A stretch of 64,000 nucleotides of DNA from Sulfitobacter sp. (GCA_013002405.1 JABDKA010000057.1:516-64515), one strand, 5' to 3'. Positions 20,042-33,312 are shown, counted from the stretch's first letter. Notes: generated from the letters alone by a model not told the origin. Made by a program: numbers and translations.

Positions 20042-20293
20042 ATGCAAACCCGAAACAAATTTCTCGACGATGTATCCCAGATGATGACCAACGCGATGGG
20101 CGTTGCGCAGGGAGCCAAGCAGGAGGCGGAAACCGCGATGAAGGGCATGCTGGACCGCTGGCTGGCCGATCGCGACTTTGTCACGCGCGAAGAATTCGAC
20201 GCCGTCCGCGCCATGGCCCAGAAAGCCCGCGAAGAAAACGAGGCGCTTAAGGCCCGGCTCGACGCGATGGAAGCAAAGAAAAAGAAGGGCTGA
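20042..20293 (+). CDS. ubiK: Accessory factor UbiK / BMFP family
   Basis: DFVTREEFDAVRAMAQKAREENEALKARL. Confidence 0.85.
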   Translation: MQTRNKFLDDVSQMMTNAMGVAQGAKQEAETAMKGMLDRWLADRDFVTREEFDAVRAMAQKAREENEALKARLDAMEAKKKKG

Positions 20294-20620
20294 TCCGGCC
20301 CCTCTTTGGCATCCCGAAGAGGGCGAACTGACCCAATCATTAAAACGGCCGGGCCCCGATCCGGCCTCCTGTGTCGAAGTTGATGGCCCGATCTTCGGTG
20401 CCGCCGCGAAATATGCTGCAATTCTGTCTGGGTCCCACCAGATATTGCAGTTATCCACTCCTAATTGTGTTTATTCCCAAGAAAAGGGTTGCCAGATGCC
20501 CCTCTTGGGCGGCACCATATCTTGTAGAGGCGGGGGGAACGCCCACGCCTTGTTGTGGAGGCATCCAGCCATGGTATTGCAGGCGGTACCGCGGCTGGAC
20601 CCAATAAAAGAGGTGGCGAA

Positions 20621-21121
20621 ATGGCCCTGTCCGAGCAGTACCTTGAAGAAGACATTCATCCCATTGATATCGTTGAAAATCTGGCGGCCTACCATGAGTG
20701 GGATTTTGACCGGATCTCAGACGAGCAGATCGCGATGGCCGTGGAAGGGCAGTGGCGTACCTACTCACTGACACTGGCCTGGTCGGCTTTCGATGAGACG
20801 CTCCGGCTCATTTGCACCTTCGAGATGGAGCCGCCCGAGGAGAAACTGAGCGGACTTTACGAGCTTTTGAACCTCGTCAACGATCAGTGTTGGGCAGGGT
20901 CCTATACCTACTGGGCCGAGCAGAAGCTGATGGTTTATCGCTACGGTTTGATCCTTGCCGGGGGCCATCAGGCCAGTGCCGAACAGATCGACACAATGAT
21001 CGGCACCGCCGTCCTGTCGGCTGAACGGTACTATCCCGCGCTGCAGCTTCTGGTCTGGGGTGATACAACTCCCGAACAGGCGCTTCAGGTCGCCATTGCG
21101 GAGGCCTACGGCCGCGCGTAA
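20621..21121 (+). CDS. YbjN/DUF1790 family protein
   Basis: HPIDIVE, VEGQWRTYSLTLAW, AERYYPALQ. Confidence 0.82.
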   Translation: MALSEQYLEEDIHPIDIVENLAAYHEWDFDRISDEQIAMAVEGQWRTYSLTLAWSAFDETLRLICTFEMEPPEEKLSGLYELLNLVNDQCWAGSYTYWAEQKLMVYRYGLILAGGHQASAEQIDTMIGTAVLSAERYYPALQLLVWGDTTPEQALQVAIAEAYGRA

Positions 21122-21150
21122 CTTGCCCCCGATAAAAGGGGGTCCGTTCG

Positions 21151-21966
21151 ATGAAAGACAGTGCAATCGCACGCGATGGCTTGGTGCTGCTGGGCTGCGG
21201 CAAGATGGGCTCGGCGATGCTGGCAGGCTGGCTGGCGCGGGGGCTGCCGCCCGCTTCCGTCTGGGTGGTAGACCCCTTCCCCAGCGATTGGCTCAAAGAT
21301 CAGGGCGTGCACCTGAACGTTGATCTGCCAAAGACCCCCGCCGTCGTGTTGGTCGCGGTCAAACCCCAGATGATGGTCGAGGTTCTTCCCAGCCTCAGGG
21401 CCATGGGCAACGGCAACACGCTTTTTGTCAGCGTCGCGGCGGGTACCACCATCGATTTTTTTGAGCAGACCCTCGGTGCCAAGACCCCCATCGTGCGCGC
21501 CATGCCGAACACCCCAGCCGCCATCTCTCGCGGGATCACGGCGATTGCGGGGAACGACTCGGCGGGGGATATCGGCCTGGTGGCGGCCGAAACGCTTTTG
21601 TCGGCCGTTGGTGAGGTGGTTCGGCTTGACAGTGAAGACCAGATCGACGCGGTTACGGGCGTCAGCGGATCTGGTCCGGCATATGTCTTTCACATGATCG
21701 AGACCCTGGCCGCGGGCGGTGTGGCCCAGGGCCTTTCGCCGGAGCTGGCGATGCGGCTGGCCAAGGCCACTGTCGCGGGGGCCGGGGCCCTGGCAATGGA
21801 GGCCAAGGAGAGCCCCGAACAGCTACGGATCAACGTCACTAGCCCAAACGGCACCACACAGGCCGCGCTGGAAGTTTTGATGAACGCAGATCACGGCTTT
21901 CCCGCCCTGCTGCCCCGCGCCGTGAAGGCGGCCACGGACCGGTCGAAGGAGCTTGCCCGTGGCTGA
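21151..21966 (+). CDS. proC: Pyrroline-5-carboxylate reductase
   Basis: LGCGKMG, AVKPQ, RAMPNTP, SGSGPAY, VTSPNGTT. Confidence 0.96.
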   Translation: MKDSAIARDGLVLLGCGKMGSAMLAGWLARGLPPASVWVVDPFPSDWLKDQGVHLNVDLPKTPAVVLVAVKPQMMVEVLPSLRAMGNGNTLFVSVAAGTTIDFFEQTLGAKTPIVRAMPNTPAAISRGITAIAGNDSAGDIGLVAAETLLSAVGEVVRLDSEDQIDAVTGVSGSGPAYVFHMIETLAAGGVAQGLSPELAMRLAKATVAGAGALAMEAKESPEQLRINVTSPNGTTQAALEVLMNADHGFPALLPRAVKAATDRSKELARG

Positions 21967-22297
21967 GATCACCTTTGATGACTTCCTCGCCGTTGATATC
22001 CGCGCGGGCACTGTGATCCGGGCCGAACCCTTTCCCGAGGCGCGCAAACCCGCGATCAAGCTCTGGATCGACTTCGGGCCAGAGATCGGGGAGCGCAAAA
22101 CCTCCGCTCAGATCACCGATCATTACGATCCCGACGGGCTGTTAGGCCGAAAGGTCATGGCCGTCGTCAACTTTCCGCCCCGCCAGATCGGCCCCTTCAT
22201 GTCGGAGGTGCTTGTGCTGGGAGTTGCAGACGCGCAGGGGGCGACCGTACTGTTGGCCCCCGATCACGAGGTCCCGAATGGAGGGCGGATGCATTGA
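21959..22297 (+). CDS. csaA: tRNA-binding protein / CsaA chaperone
   Basis: DIRAGTV, IDFG, SAQIT, VVNFPPRQIG..MSEVLVLG; GTG start. Confidence 0.9.
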   Translation: MAEITFDDFLAVDIRAGTVIRAEPFPEARKPAIKLWIDFGPEIGERKTSAQITDHYDPDGLLGRKVMAVVNFPPRQIGPFMSEVLVLGVADAQGATVLLAPDHEVPNGGRMH

Positions 22298-23244
22298 CCA
22301 AGATCCTGATCACAAGGCCGCTGCCGGACGATGTTATCGCTGCGCTGGGGGGATTGGACTTGACCGTCCGCGCCAAGACCGGGCCGCTCGATGCGGACGA
22401 ACTGCGCGCGGCCCTTCGCGACTTCGATGGAGTCCTGCCGACGCTGGGTGACGCCTTTTTGGCCGAGGTGTTTGCCGATGTACCCGATCCGCGCTGCCGG
22501 ATCCTGGCCAACTTCGGGGTGGGCTATAACCACATCGACGCGGCGGCGGCTGGGGCTGCCGGGATCACCGTCACCAACACCCCCGGTGCGGTCACCGACG
22601 CCACCGCCGACATTGGCATGACCCTCATGCTCATGAGCGCCCGGCGGGCCGCGGAAGGGGAAAGGCTGGTCCGGAGCGGGGCCTGGGAAGGCTGGCATCC
22701 GACCCAGATGCTGGGGCTGCATCTGACCGGCAAGACCGTCGGTATCGTGGGAATGGGGCGCATCGGCCAGGCCATCGCGCGGCGCTGCCACTACGGCTTC
22801 GGCATGGCCGTCAAATACTGGAACCGGTCCGAGAAGACCCTCGCATTCCCGGCAGAACGGATGGAGCGGCTGACCGAACTTGCCGCATCGGTCGACGTTC
22901 TGGTCGCCGCCGTACCCGGCAGTCCGGAAACGCATCACCTGATCGACGCGGAGGTCATCGCCGCCATGCAGGGCCATGCGCATCTCGTGAACATTTCACG
23001 CGGTGACGTGCTGGAGGAAGCGGCCCTGATCGCTGCACTTCAGGAGGGGCGCATCGGCGGGGCGGGTCTTGATGTCTACGAGTTCGAGCCGAAAGTGCCC
23101 GAGGCCCTGCGCGCCCTCGACAATGTTACGCTGCTGCCTCACCTGGGCACATCCGCGCTTGAGATCCGGATCGAGATGGGGCTGATGGCGGTCGAGAATT
23201 TGCGCGCCTTCTTTGACGGGAAAACGCCCCCAAACAAGGTCTGA
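22294..23244 (+). CDS. D-2-hydroxyacid dehydrogenase (glyoxylate/hydroxypyruvate reductase-like)
   Basis: GVGYNHID, GIVGMGRIG, NISRG, GLDVYEFEP, PHLG. Confidence 0.92.
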   Translation: MTKILITRPLPDDVIAALGGLDLTVRAKTGPLDADELRAALRDFDGVLPTLGDAFLAEVFADVPDPRCRILANFGVGYNHIDAAAAGAAGITVTNTPGAVTDATADIGMTLMLMSARRAAEGERLVRSGAWEGWHPTQMLGLHLTGKTVGIVGMGRIGQAIARRCHYGFGMAVKYWNRSEKTLAFPAERMERLTELAASVDVLVAAVPGSPETHHLIDAEVIAAMQGHAHLVNISRGDVLEEAALIAALQEGRIGGAGLDVYEFEPKVPEALRALDNVTLLPHLGTSALEIRIEMGLMAVENLRAFFDGKTPPNKV

Positions 23245-23273
23245 ACAGCACAGACCCAAAGAGGTGCCCCCCA

Positions 23274-23324
23274 CTCTTCACTGCTCTTAAAGGTAGAGTC
23301 CGGAGGAGTCGCGGGGTGGGCCCC
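23274..23324 (-). repeat. Short intergenic repeat (GGGGC-N3/4-GCCCC family), degenerate reverse copy
   Basis: Reverse complement GGGGCCCACCCC..CTCCTCCGG..TTTAAGAGCAGTGAAGAG resembles the copies at 33351, 49747 and 57350. Confidence 0.4.
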
Positions 23325-23334
23325 GGTCTAGCTC

Positions 23335-23925
23335 TCAGTCCGCCGGACGGTCCCCGACCGCCTCGCGCCAGTGACGTCGGCAGAGGGAGACGTAGGTCTC
23401 ATTTCCGCCGATCTGTACCTGTGCACCGTCCCGCAGGACCTGACCCTCGGCGTTCGTCCGCACCACCATGGTTGCCTTTTTCCCGCAATGGCAGATGGTG
23501 CGCACCTCCCGCATCTCATCGGAAAGGGCCAGAAGGGTGGCGGAGCCGGGAAAAAGCTCTCCCCGGAAGTCCACCCGCAACCCGAAGCACATGACCGGTA
23601 CACGCAGATCATCGACCGCGCGGGCCAGCTGCCAGACCTGATCTGCCTCAAGAAATTGCGCCTCATCCACAAAGACACAGGCGCAGGGCCCTGCTTCAAA
23701 TCGGCGCTGCAGCTTGGCAAATAGGTCCTCACCGGGCCCGAAGGTATCCGCCCTTTCGGTGATCCCGATGCGCGAAGCGATGCGTCCGTCACCCGAGCGG
23801 TTGTCGAACTGCGCAGTCAGCAGAAAGACCGACATGCCCCTTTCGACATAGTTGTGTGCCGCCTGCAGCAGCACCGTCGATTTGCCGGCATTCATGGTGG
23901 AATAGTGGAAATAGAGCTTGGCCAT
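23335..23925 (-). CDS. tdk: Thymidine kinase
   Basis: STMNAGKST, VDEAQF, GLRVDF, ICHCGKKA, YVSLCRRH. Confidence 0.96.
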   Translation of the reverse strand: MAKLYFHYSTMNAGKSTVLLQAAHNYVERGMSVFLLTAQFDNRSGDGRIASRIGITERADTFGPGEDLFAKLQRRFEAGPCACVFVDEAQFLEADQVWQLARAVDDLRVPVMCFGLRVDFRGELFPGSATLLALSDEMREVRTICHCGKKATMVVRTNAEGQVLRDGAQVQIGGNETYVSLCRRHWREAVGDRPAD

Positions 23926-24208
23926 GCGCCCTCTGTTAATCCAAGCGCGCGGGGCCGATCAAGGCCGTAAAGGCCGCGGAGGCATGTGGGTTCGCCCGGT
24001 CCAGCGCTCTGAGGCGCGGGGGTCGCTGCCCCTCCGGTCCCCGACGAACCCCCTGGCCCGGCCCGGTAGGTTCAAGACAGGTGCACGGGCCACGCATCCC
24101 CTTGCGGAAATGCCATTAAAACATGACACTGGGTGGCTTTACGGGTAATGGGAAAGTCGCAATCATCTTCCCCACCCCCGGTCAGGGGAACGAAAGAGCG
24201 AGGGTTCT

Positions 24209-24667
24209 ATGGCAGGCATTGGCGGCTATCTGAAGAAACACACCGAGGCCTTGGTGAAAGCCGTGGGCATTGAGCCCGCGTGCAACGTGACGGGCAAGTC
24301 CAAGGCCACGCTGGGCCGCTACTATTCCGACAATGACGAACACCGTGACCGGTTTATGCCCATCGACACGGTTGCCCTGCTGGAAGAGGCGGCGGGCTAC
24401 CCACATGTGACAGCCGCCCTGGCCGAACTGCGCGGCGTGACGCTCACCTTCGAGGATCGTCGCAGCAACGTTGAGCGCAAAAGCACCGTCAATTCCGACG
24501 TTATTGCCCTCAGCCAGCGCTTCGCGCTTCTGATGAGCGAATACCACCAGTCTATCGAGGATGGGACGATCACGGTCAATGAGGCCAAGCGCATGTTGCG
24601 CGAAACGACCCTGCTGCAGCAGGTCCTGGTGGATATGAAGCTCAATCTCGAGGAAGAGAGTGTCTGA
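24209..24667 (+). CDS. Hypothetical protein resembling phage CII-like regulators
   Basis: HTH-like [31 protein letters not shown]-terminal [12 protein letters not shown]; resemblance from recall. Confidence 0.6.
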   Translation: MAGIGGYLKKHTEALVKAVGIEPACNVTGKSKATLGRYYSDNDEHRDRFMPIDTVALLEEAAGYPHVTAALAELRGVTLTFEDRRSNVERKSTVNSDVIALSQRFALLMSEYHQSIEDGTITVNEAKRMLRETTLLQQVLVDMKLNLEEESV

Positions 24668-25376
24668 CGATCTGCCCGCCCTGGTAGTCGAGGCGCTGCC
24701 CGCGATCGAGTCTGGCCTTCTGCGCGGTCCGCAGGATTCTGGCCACCCGCCCCGCATTCTGCTTCTCTACGGCTCGCTGCGTCCGCAGTCCTATTCCCGC
24801 CGGGCGGCGGAGGAAGCGGCGCGCATCCTGCGGCATCTGGGTTGCGAGACCCGCTTTTTCGACCCCACCGGGCTGCCCCTTCCGGACGGGGCTGAACCCG
24901 ATCATCCCAAGGTGGTCGAACTGCGCGATCTGGCCGTCTGGTCAGAGGGGATGGTCTGGTCCAGTCCCGAAAGGCACGGTGCAATGACCGCGATCATGAA
25001 GGCGCAGGTTGACTGGTTGCCCCTGTCCCTGAAGGGTGGCATCCGGCCCACCCAGGGCAAGACCCTGGCGGTCATGCAGGTCTCGGGCGGCTCGCAATCC
25101 TTCAACGCGGTGAACCAGATGCGCATCCTCGGCCGCTGGATGCGAATGGTCACGATACCCAATCAATCCAGCATCCCCAAGGCCTGGTTGGAGTTCGACA
25201 GCACGGGCCGCTTGCCCGCAGGGCCTTTCTACGCCCGCGTGGTGGATGTGATGGAAGAACTGGTGAAATTCACCTGGATGGTGCGCGGTCGGTCCGACTA
25301 CCTCGTCGATCGTTACTCAGAAAGGGTGGAGAGCGTTGAGGAGGTGCACAATAGGGTGTCAAAGAAGACCTCCTAG
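24660..25376 (+). CDS. arsH: ArsH NADPH-dependent FMN reductase
   Basis: [43 protein letters not shown]. Confidence 0.95.
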   Translation: MSDDLPALVVEALPAIESGLLRGPQDSGHPPRILLLYGSLRPQSYSRRAAEEAARILRHLGCETRFFDPTGLPLPDGAEPDHPKVVELRDLAVWSEGMVWSSPERHGAMTAIMKAQVDWLPLSLKGGIRPTQGKTLAVMQVSGGSQSFNAVNQMRILGRWMRMVTIPNQSSIPKAWLEFDSTGRLPAGPFYARVVDVMEELVKFTWMVRGRSDYLVDRYSERVESVEEVHNRVSKKTS

Positions 25377-25428
25377 ATCGGCCCCTTTATCGAAGGCAGT
25401 CCCGCAGATGATCCGGAACCTCGTCCGG

Positions 25429-26553
25429 TCAAGCGTGTTTTTCGACGATCACCGATCCAACCGAGTAGCCCGCGCCGAAGGAACAGATCAGCCCCTTGTC
25501 GCCGTCCTTCATGTCATCGGAGTACTTCGAGAAGGCGATGATCGACCCCGCCGATGAAGTGTTTGCATAGTCCTGCAGGATATTGGGCTGCTCGCCCATT
25601 TCGGGGGGTCGGCCCAGCACTTTGCGCCCGATGAAGTCGTTCATCGACTTGTTGGCCTGGTGCAGCCAAAGCCGCTTGAGGTCCGCGGCTTCGACGCCTG
25701 CGTCGGCCAGATGGTTGGCGATATGTTCCGACACCATCGGCACAACCTCTTTGAAGACCTTGCGGCCATTCTGCATGAACTGCATGTCGCGGCGGTCCTT
25801 CAGCCCATCGGGGCGGGAGCGGCGCAGGAAGCCGTTGTTATTGCGGATGTTGTTGGAAAACTCGGTGGCACAGCGGGTCGACTTGACCTCGAAATATTCG
25901 CCTCTGGCGTCTTCACTGCGTTCGATGAAGGTCGCCGTTGCCACGTCGCCGAAGATGAAATGGCAATCTCTGTCGCGCCATTCCAGATGGGCCGAGCAGA
26001 TCTCGGGGTTTACGACAAGGGCCGAGCGGATGGAGCCCGAGCGCACCATGTCTGCCGCCGCCTGAATGCCGAAGGTGGCCGAGGAGCAGGCGACGTTCAT
26101 GTCGAAAGCAAAGCCATCCACGCCCAAAAGCTGCTGAATTTCGATGGCGACCGCCGGATAGGCCCTCTCCAGGTTGGAGGCCGCGCAGATGACCGCGCCG
26201 ACGTCCTCGGGTCCCTTGCCTGCCTGGGCAAGCGCCTTTTTCGCCGCATCAAGCGCCATCTCTGCCATCAGGCTCGGCTCCTCGTCCGACCGTTGGCGCA
26301 GCAGCGGGTGCATGACCTTGGGGTCCAGCACCCCGCTTTTGTCGATGACATAGCGCTGTTCAATGCCGGAAGCTTTGAAAATGAATTCCTCTGAGGAATA
26401 CTCCTTGGCAGGCAGATCCCCCGCCGCGATCTCGTCTGCGTGCTCGGCATTGTATAGGTCGACGTAGGCATTGAAGGCCTCGACCAGTTCGGCATTGGTA
26501 ATGACCTGGTCAGGGGTGAAAACGCCGGTGCCGGTGATCGCGGGTGTATACAT
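25429..26553 (-). CDS. Beta-ketoacyl-ACP synthase III (long FabH-like type)
   Basis: DMNVACSS, FGD, HQAN, NTSSA, FGAG. Confidence 0.9.
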   Translation of the reverse strand: MYTPAITGTGVFTPDQVITNAELVEAFNAYVDLYNAEHADEIAAGDLPAKEYSSEEFIFKASGIEQRYVIDKSGVLDPKVMHPLLRQRSDEEPSLMAEMALDAAKKALAQAGKGPEDVGAVICAASNLERAYPAVAIEIQQLLGVDGFAFDMNVACSSATFGIQAAADMVRSGSIRSALVVNPEICSAHLEWRDRDCHFIFGDVATATFIERSEDARGEYFEVKSTRCATEFSNNIRNNNGFLRRSRPDGLKDRRDMQFMQNGRKVFKEVVPMVSEHIANHLADAGVEAADLKRLWLHQANKSMNDFIGRKVLGRPPEMGEQPNILQDYANTSSAGSIIAFSKYSDDMKDGDKGLICSFGAGYSVGSVIVEKHA

Positions 26554-26696
26554 CGTGGTTCCTTCAGCTTTCACATGGCTGTTAGGTTGAGTATTAAACG
26601 AACTTCTGGCGGCTCGCCATGGCAACCTGCGGGCAGGGGGGGCGAAAGCGGTTCGGATGGCTTGTCATCGGTTGCCAAGGCGGCTAGCCCGAGGGC

Positions 26697-27440
26697 ATGA
26701 AGCCTTTTCTGATCCTTCAGTTGCGCCCCGAAAGCGATGCCTCCGATGACGAATACCGCGCCATCCTGGACAAGTGCGGCCTGACGCCGGACCAGACCCG
26801 GCGGATCCGGGTGGATCAGGAGGATATCCCCGCCGATCTGGATGTCAGCGATTATGCGGGCGTGATCGTCGGCGGCGGACCCGGTTGCGTCAGCGACGCC
26901 CCCGACCAGAAGTCCGCGCAAGAAGCGCGGATCGAGGCACAGATCATGGCGCTGATGCCCCAGATCACGGGCCGCGACCATCCCTTCATGGGCTGCTGCT
27001 ATGGTCTGGGCATCCTGGCGCATCATCTGGGCGCGGAGGTGAGCAAGGCCCGCTTCGGCGAACCGGTGGGGGCGACCCTTTGTTCCCAGACCAAGGCGGC
27101 GGCGCGTGATCCCTTGCTTGAAGGGCTGGATAACACATTCGAGATCTTCGTCGGTCACAAGGAAGCTGTGCAGGAAGTGCCGGAAGGCACGGTGCATCTG
27201 CTGCAGGGTCAGACCTGCCCGGTGCAGATGATCCGCTTTGGTCAGAACGTCTATGCTACCCAGTTCCACCCCGAGGCGGACGCGCACGATTTCGAAAGGC
27301 GCATCCGCATCTACCGCAACCACGGCTACTTCCCGCCCGAGGATGCGGATCGGTTGATCGAGGCCTGCCACCGGGCCGAGGTCACTGTCCCCGGAGAGAT
27401 CCTGCGCCGGTTCGCGCGGCGGTATGGAAGCGGAGCCTGA
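26697..27440 (+). CDS. Class I glutamine amidotransferase
   Basis: VGGGPG, GCCYG nucleophile, QFHPE. Confidence 0.9.
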   Translation: MKPFLILQLRPESDASDDEYRAILDKCGLTPDQTRRIRVDQEDIPADLDVSDYAGVIVGGGPGCVSDAPDQKSAQEARIEAQIMALMPQITGRDHPFMGCCYGLGILAHHLGAEVSKARFGEPVGATLCSQTKAAARDPLLEGLDNTFEIFVGHKEAVQEVPEGTVHLLQGQTCPVQMIRFGQNVYATQFHPEADAHDFERRIRIYRNHGYFPPEDADRLIEACHRAEVTVPGEILRRFARRYGSGA

Positions 27441-27502
27441 ACAGCCGATCAACCTGTCCGGGGCCTGCGACGATTATTGCAAAGGGAATTAGAGATGGTC
27501 GG

Positions 27503-27533
27503 TTGACCTTCCCCTTACCGGAACCCCTAAATT
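27503..27533 (+). promoter_or_regulatory. CueR (MerR-family)-type promoter/operator
   Basis: TTGACC-N19-TAAATT with ACCTTCC-N7-GGAAC dyad in the spacer. Confidence 0.75.
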
Positions 27534-27565
27534 GGTGCGAACGGAAGAGAAAGAGGATCATTGTC

Positions 27566-28042
27566 ATGTCTCAGTCTGGTTATTCACGACGGACCTTCTT
27601 GGGCGGTCTTGCGACGCTTGCCGCGCTGCCTGGTAGCCTATCTGCGCAGAGCGGACCGGCGATCCATGTGCTCAAGGATCCCAACTGCGGCTGTTGCGGG
27701 GCCTGGATCGGTATCCTGCAAAAGGAAGGGTTCGGGGTGACGACTGAGCCTTCCGCCGGTGTGGCGCTGATCCGCGAAAAGATGGCGCGCGGGGTGCCTC
27801 AGACCATGGCTTCCTGCCACACGGCAGATGTGGAGGGATACGTGATCGAGGGCCATGTGCCTGCAGCAGACATCCGGCGGTTGCTGTCGGAACGGCCCGA
27901 TGCGGTGGGGCTCGCCGTGCCGGGGATGCCCTATGGATCGCCTGGTATGGGACCGGAGGACCGGCGAGAGGCTTACGATGTGCACCTCATCCGGCGCGAC
28001 GGCACGACGGAAGTCTTCACCGCCTACGCAGCGGCGGAATGA
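27566..28042 (+). CDS. DUF411 / CopG-like periplasmic metal-binding protein
   Basis: Tat signal SRRTFL, CGCC, SCHT, EGHVP, GMPYGSPGM. Confidence 0.9.
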   Translation: MSQSGYSRRTFLGGLATLAALPGSLSAQSGPAIHVLKDPNCGCCGAWIGILQKEGFGVTTEPSAGVALIREKMARGVPQTMASCHTADVEGYVIEGHVPAADIRRLLSERPDAVGLAVPGMPYGSPGMGPEDRREAYDVHLIRRDGTTEVFTAYAAAE

Positions 28043-28491
28043 GGTTCGGGATGAGGAGGACGTTTATTGCAACGGTGTCCGTGCTGCTTTGCGCGGGCAC
28101 CCTGGCGTTGGCTCACACGGGCGTGAAGAACAAGACCGTCATGAAGCGCATGGAGGCGATGAAATCCATCGGGGAAAGCACCAAGGTGCTGGGTCAGATG
28201 GCCAAGGGCGAGCGTGCCTTTGACCGCGAGGCCGCCCGCGCGGCTGCGGCGGATATCGCAAGGCACGCGGAACGGACACCGGCGCTTTTCGAGGAGGAAG
28301 AGCGTGATCAGAAGGATGAGGCAAGGGCAGTGATCTGGACGGAATTCCCAGATTTCGTCGCCAAGTCGGAGAGGCTGGAAAAGGTGGCGCTTCAGCTTGC
28401 AAACGGGTTGGAGAGCAAGGACGACCTGCGTGCCGGGCTTGGCCGGATCGGGGCCACCTGCAAGTCCTGTCACGAACGTTACCGGAAATAG
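28039..28491 (+). CDS. Class II cytochrome c (c'/c556-like)
   Basis: Signal peptide, helical sequence, C-terminal CKSCH; start 28039 or 28051. Confidence 0.9.
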   Translation: MRFGMRRTFIATVSVLLCAGTLALAHTGVKNKTVMKRMEAMKSIGESTKVLGQMAKGERAFDREAARAAAADIARHAERTPALFEEEERDQKDEARAVIWTEFPDFVAKSERLEKVALQLANGLESKDDLRAGLGRIGATCKSCHERYRK

Positions 28492-28507
28492 CCACAGGGA
28501 GGCGGCC

Positions 28508-29284
28508 ATGGATCTTGGCCTGGAAGGCAAGCGGGTACTGGTGACCGGCGGCTCACGCGGCATCGGGTTTGAGACGGCGCTGGCCTTTGCCCGTGAAGGG
28601 GCCCTGCCTATTCTTGCCTCACGCGATGCGACAGCACTTGAGTCCGCAGCGGCGCGGATCGCGGAAGAGACGGGCATCACCGCCACGGTCTTTGCTGGTG
28701 ACCTTTCACAGGACGGGCCGCGCCAGGACCTGGCCAACGCCCATTCAACAGCCGATATCCTGGTGAACAACGCCGGCGCTATCCCAGGTGGCGGGCTGGC
28801 CGATATCTCCATGGACCGCTGGCAGGAGGCGTGGGCCCTCAAGGTCTTCGGCTACATCCACCTCTGCCAGCTCTACGCGGCCCGGATGAAGCAGCGCGGC
28901 GCGGGCGTGATCGTCAACATCATCGGCATGGGCGGGCGCGCGGTGCGGCCCGACTATATCTGCGGGGCGGCGGGGAACGCGGCGTTGATCGGGTTCACCA
29001 ATGCGCTGGGGGCGGAGACGCCCGCCTACGGGGTCCGGGTCTTCGGCATCAACCCCTCGCCCACCCTGACGGACCGGGTGGTGGGCCTTTACAAATCCCG
29101 CGCCGCTTCGAAGTTCGGGGATGAGAGCCGCTGGCAGGAACTGCTGGACGAAAGCACCATGCCTTTCGGACGGCTCAAGCGGCCTGCTGAGGTCGGCGCA
29201 CTGGCCGCCATGCTTTGCGCGCCGCAGGTGCAGTACCTGTCGGGTACGGTGATTGACATGGATGGCGGGGGGCAGTGGGGGTAG
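28508..29284 (+). CDS. Short-chain dehydrogenase/reductase
   Basis: TGGSRGIG, NNAG, YICGAAGN (atypical catalytic motif). Confidence 0.9.
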   Translation: MDLGLEGKRVLVTGGSRGIGFETALAFAREGALPILASRDATALESAAARIAEETGITATVFAGDLSQDGPRQDLANAHSTADILVNNAGAIPGGGLADISMDRWQEAWALKVFGYIHLCQLYAARMKQRGAGVIVNIIGMGGRAVRPDYICGAAGNAALIGFTNALGAETPAYGVRVFGINPSPTLTDRVVGLYKSRAASKFGDESRWQELLDESTMPFGRLKRPAEVGALAAMLCAPQVQYLSGTVIDMDGGGQWG

Positions 29285-29318
29285 GCTGTTTCGGCTGACC
29301 CTGTATGCTGAGAGCGTC

Positions 29319-29804
29319 ATGACCCTTTTCGAAGACTTCACCGATGCCCCCGAAACACGCTGGGACTACGTCGCGGACGGGGTCATGGGCGGTGTGTCTG
29401 AGGGGCAGGCGGAATTCGTCACGGATGGGGACGGCACCGCAGTGCGGCTGACGGGCCTGGTGAGCACCGAGAACAACGGCGGATTCATCCAGGTGCGCCG
29501 CCGGTTCGAGGGCGGGTTCCCCGTCGCGGCCAAGGGTCTGATCCTGTCGGTCAAGGGCAACGGAGAGCCCTACTTCGTCTTCCTGCGCACCAAGGGACAG
29601 AAGCGGGTCTTCCATTCCTACCGGTTCGAGTTCGAAACGACCTCCGACTGGGAGGAGGTACGCATGGACTTTGCGGACTTCTATCCCTCGCATGAGGAGA
29701 TGCCCCTAAATTTCGCGCCGGAAGATGTGACCGGGATTGGGATTGTGGCCTACGGTCGTGCGTTCGAGGCGGATGTGATGGTGCGGCGGGTGGAGGTTTA
29801 CTAG
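29319..29804 (+). CDS. CIA30 family protein
   Basis: W..V.DGVMGGVS, STENNGGF.Q.R. Confidence 0.88.
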   Translation: MTLFEDFTDAPETRWDYVADGVMGGVSEGQAEFVTDGDGTAVRLTGLVSTENNGGFIQVRRRFEGGFPVAAKGLILSVKGNGEPYFVFLRTKGQKRVFHSYRFEFETTSDWEEVRMDFADFYPSHEEMPLNFAPEDVTGIGIVAYGRAFEADVMVRRVEVY

Positions 29805-29923
29805 CTGCCCGCGTGCGGCACGATGGACTGTCCGGCCTTTGGTTGGTGAGGCATCGACGTTCCGCCCGTGAATTGCACAATTAATCAACCTGCAAGTACC
29901 CTAGGCGGGGCCCGAACCGCCCT

Positions 29924-33280
<3,357 letters not shown>

Positions 33281-33312
33281 GGCGTGCGGCCCCTCATATG
33301 CAAATTGTCTGC

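Noticed and set aside
20451-20459. DnaA-box-like TTATCCACT
   Set aside because: One imperfect copy; no oriC context
20512-20527. NrdR-box-like motifs GCACCATATCTTGTAG and ACCATATATATTGTGT (53635-53650)
   Set aside because: Single sites before non-nrd genes; could simply be -10 elements
24209-24667. Prophage around the CII-like gene
   Set aside because: No integrase, repressor, structural genes or att-like repeats; flanks are housekeeping
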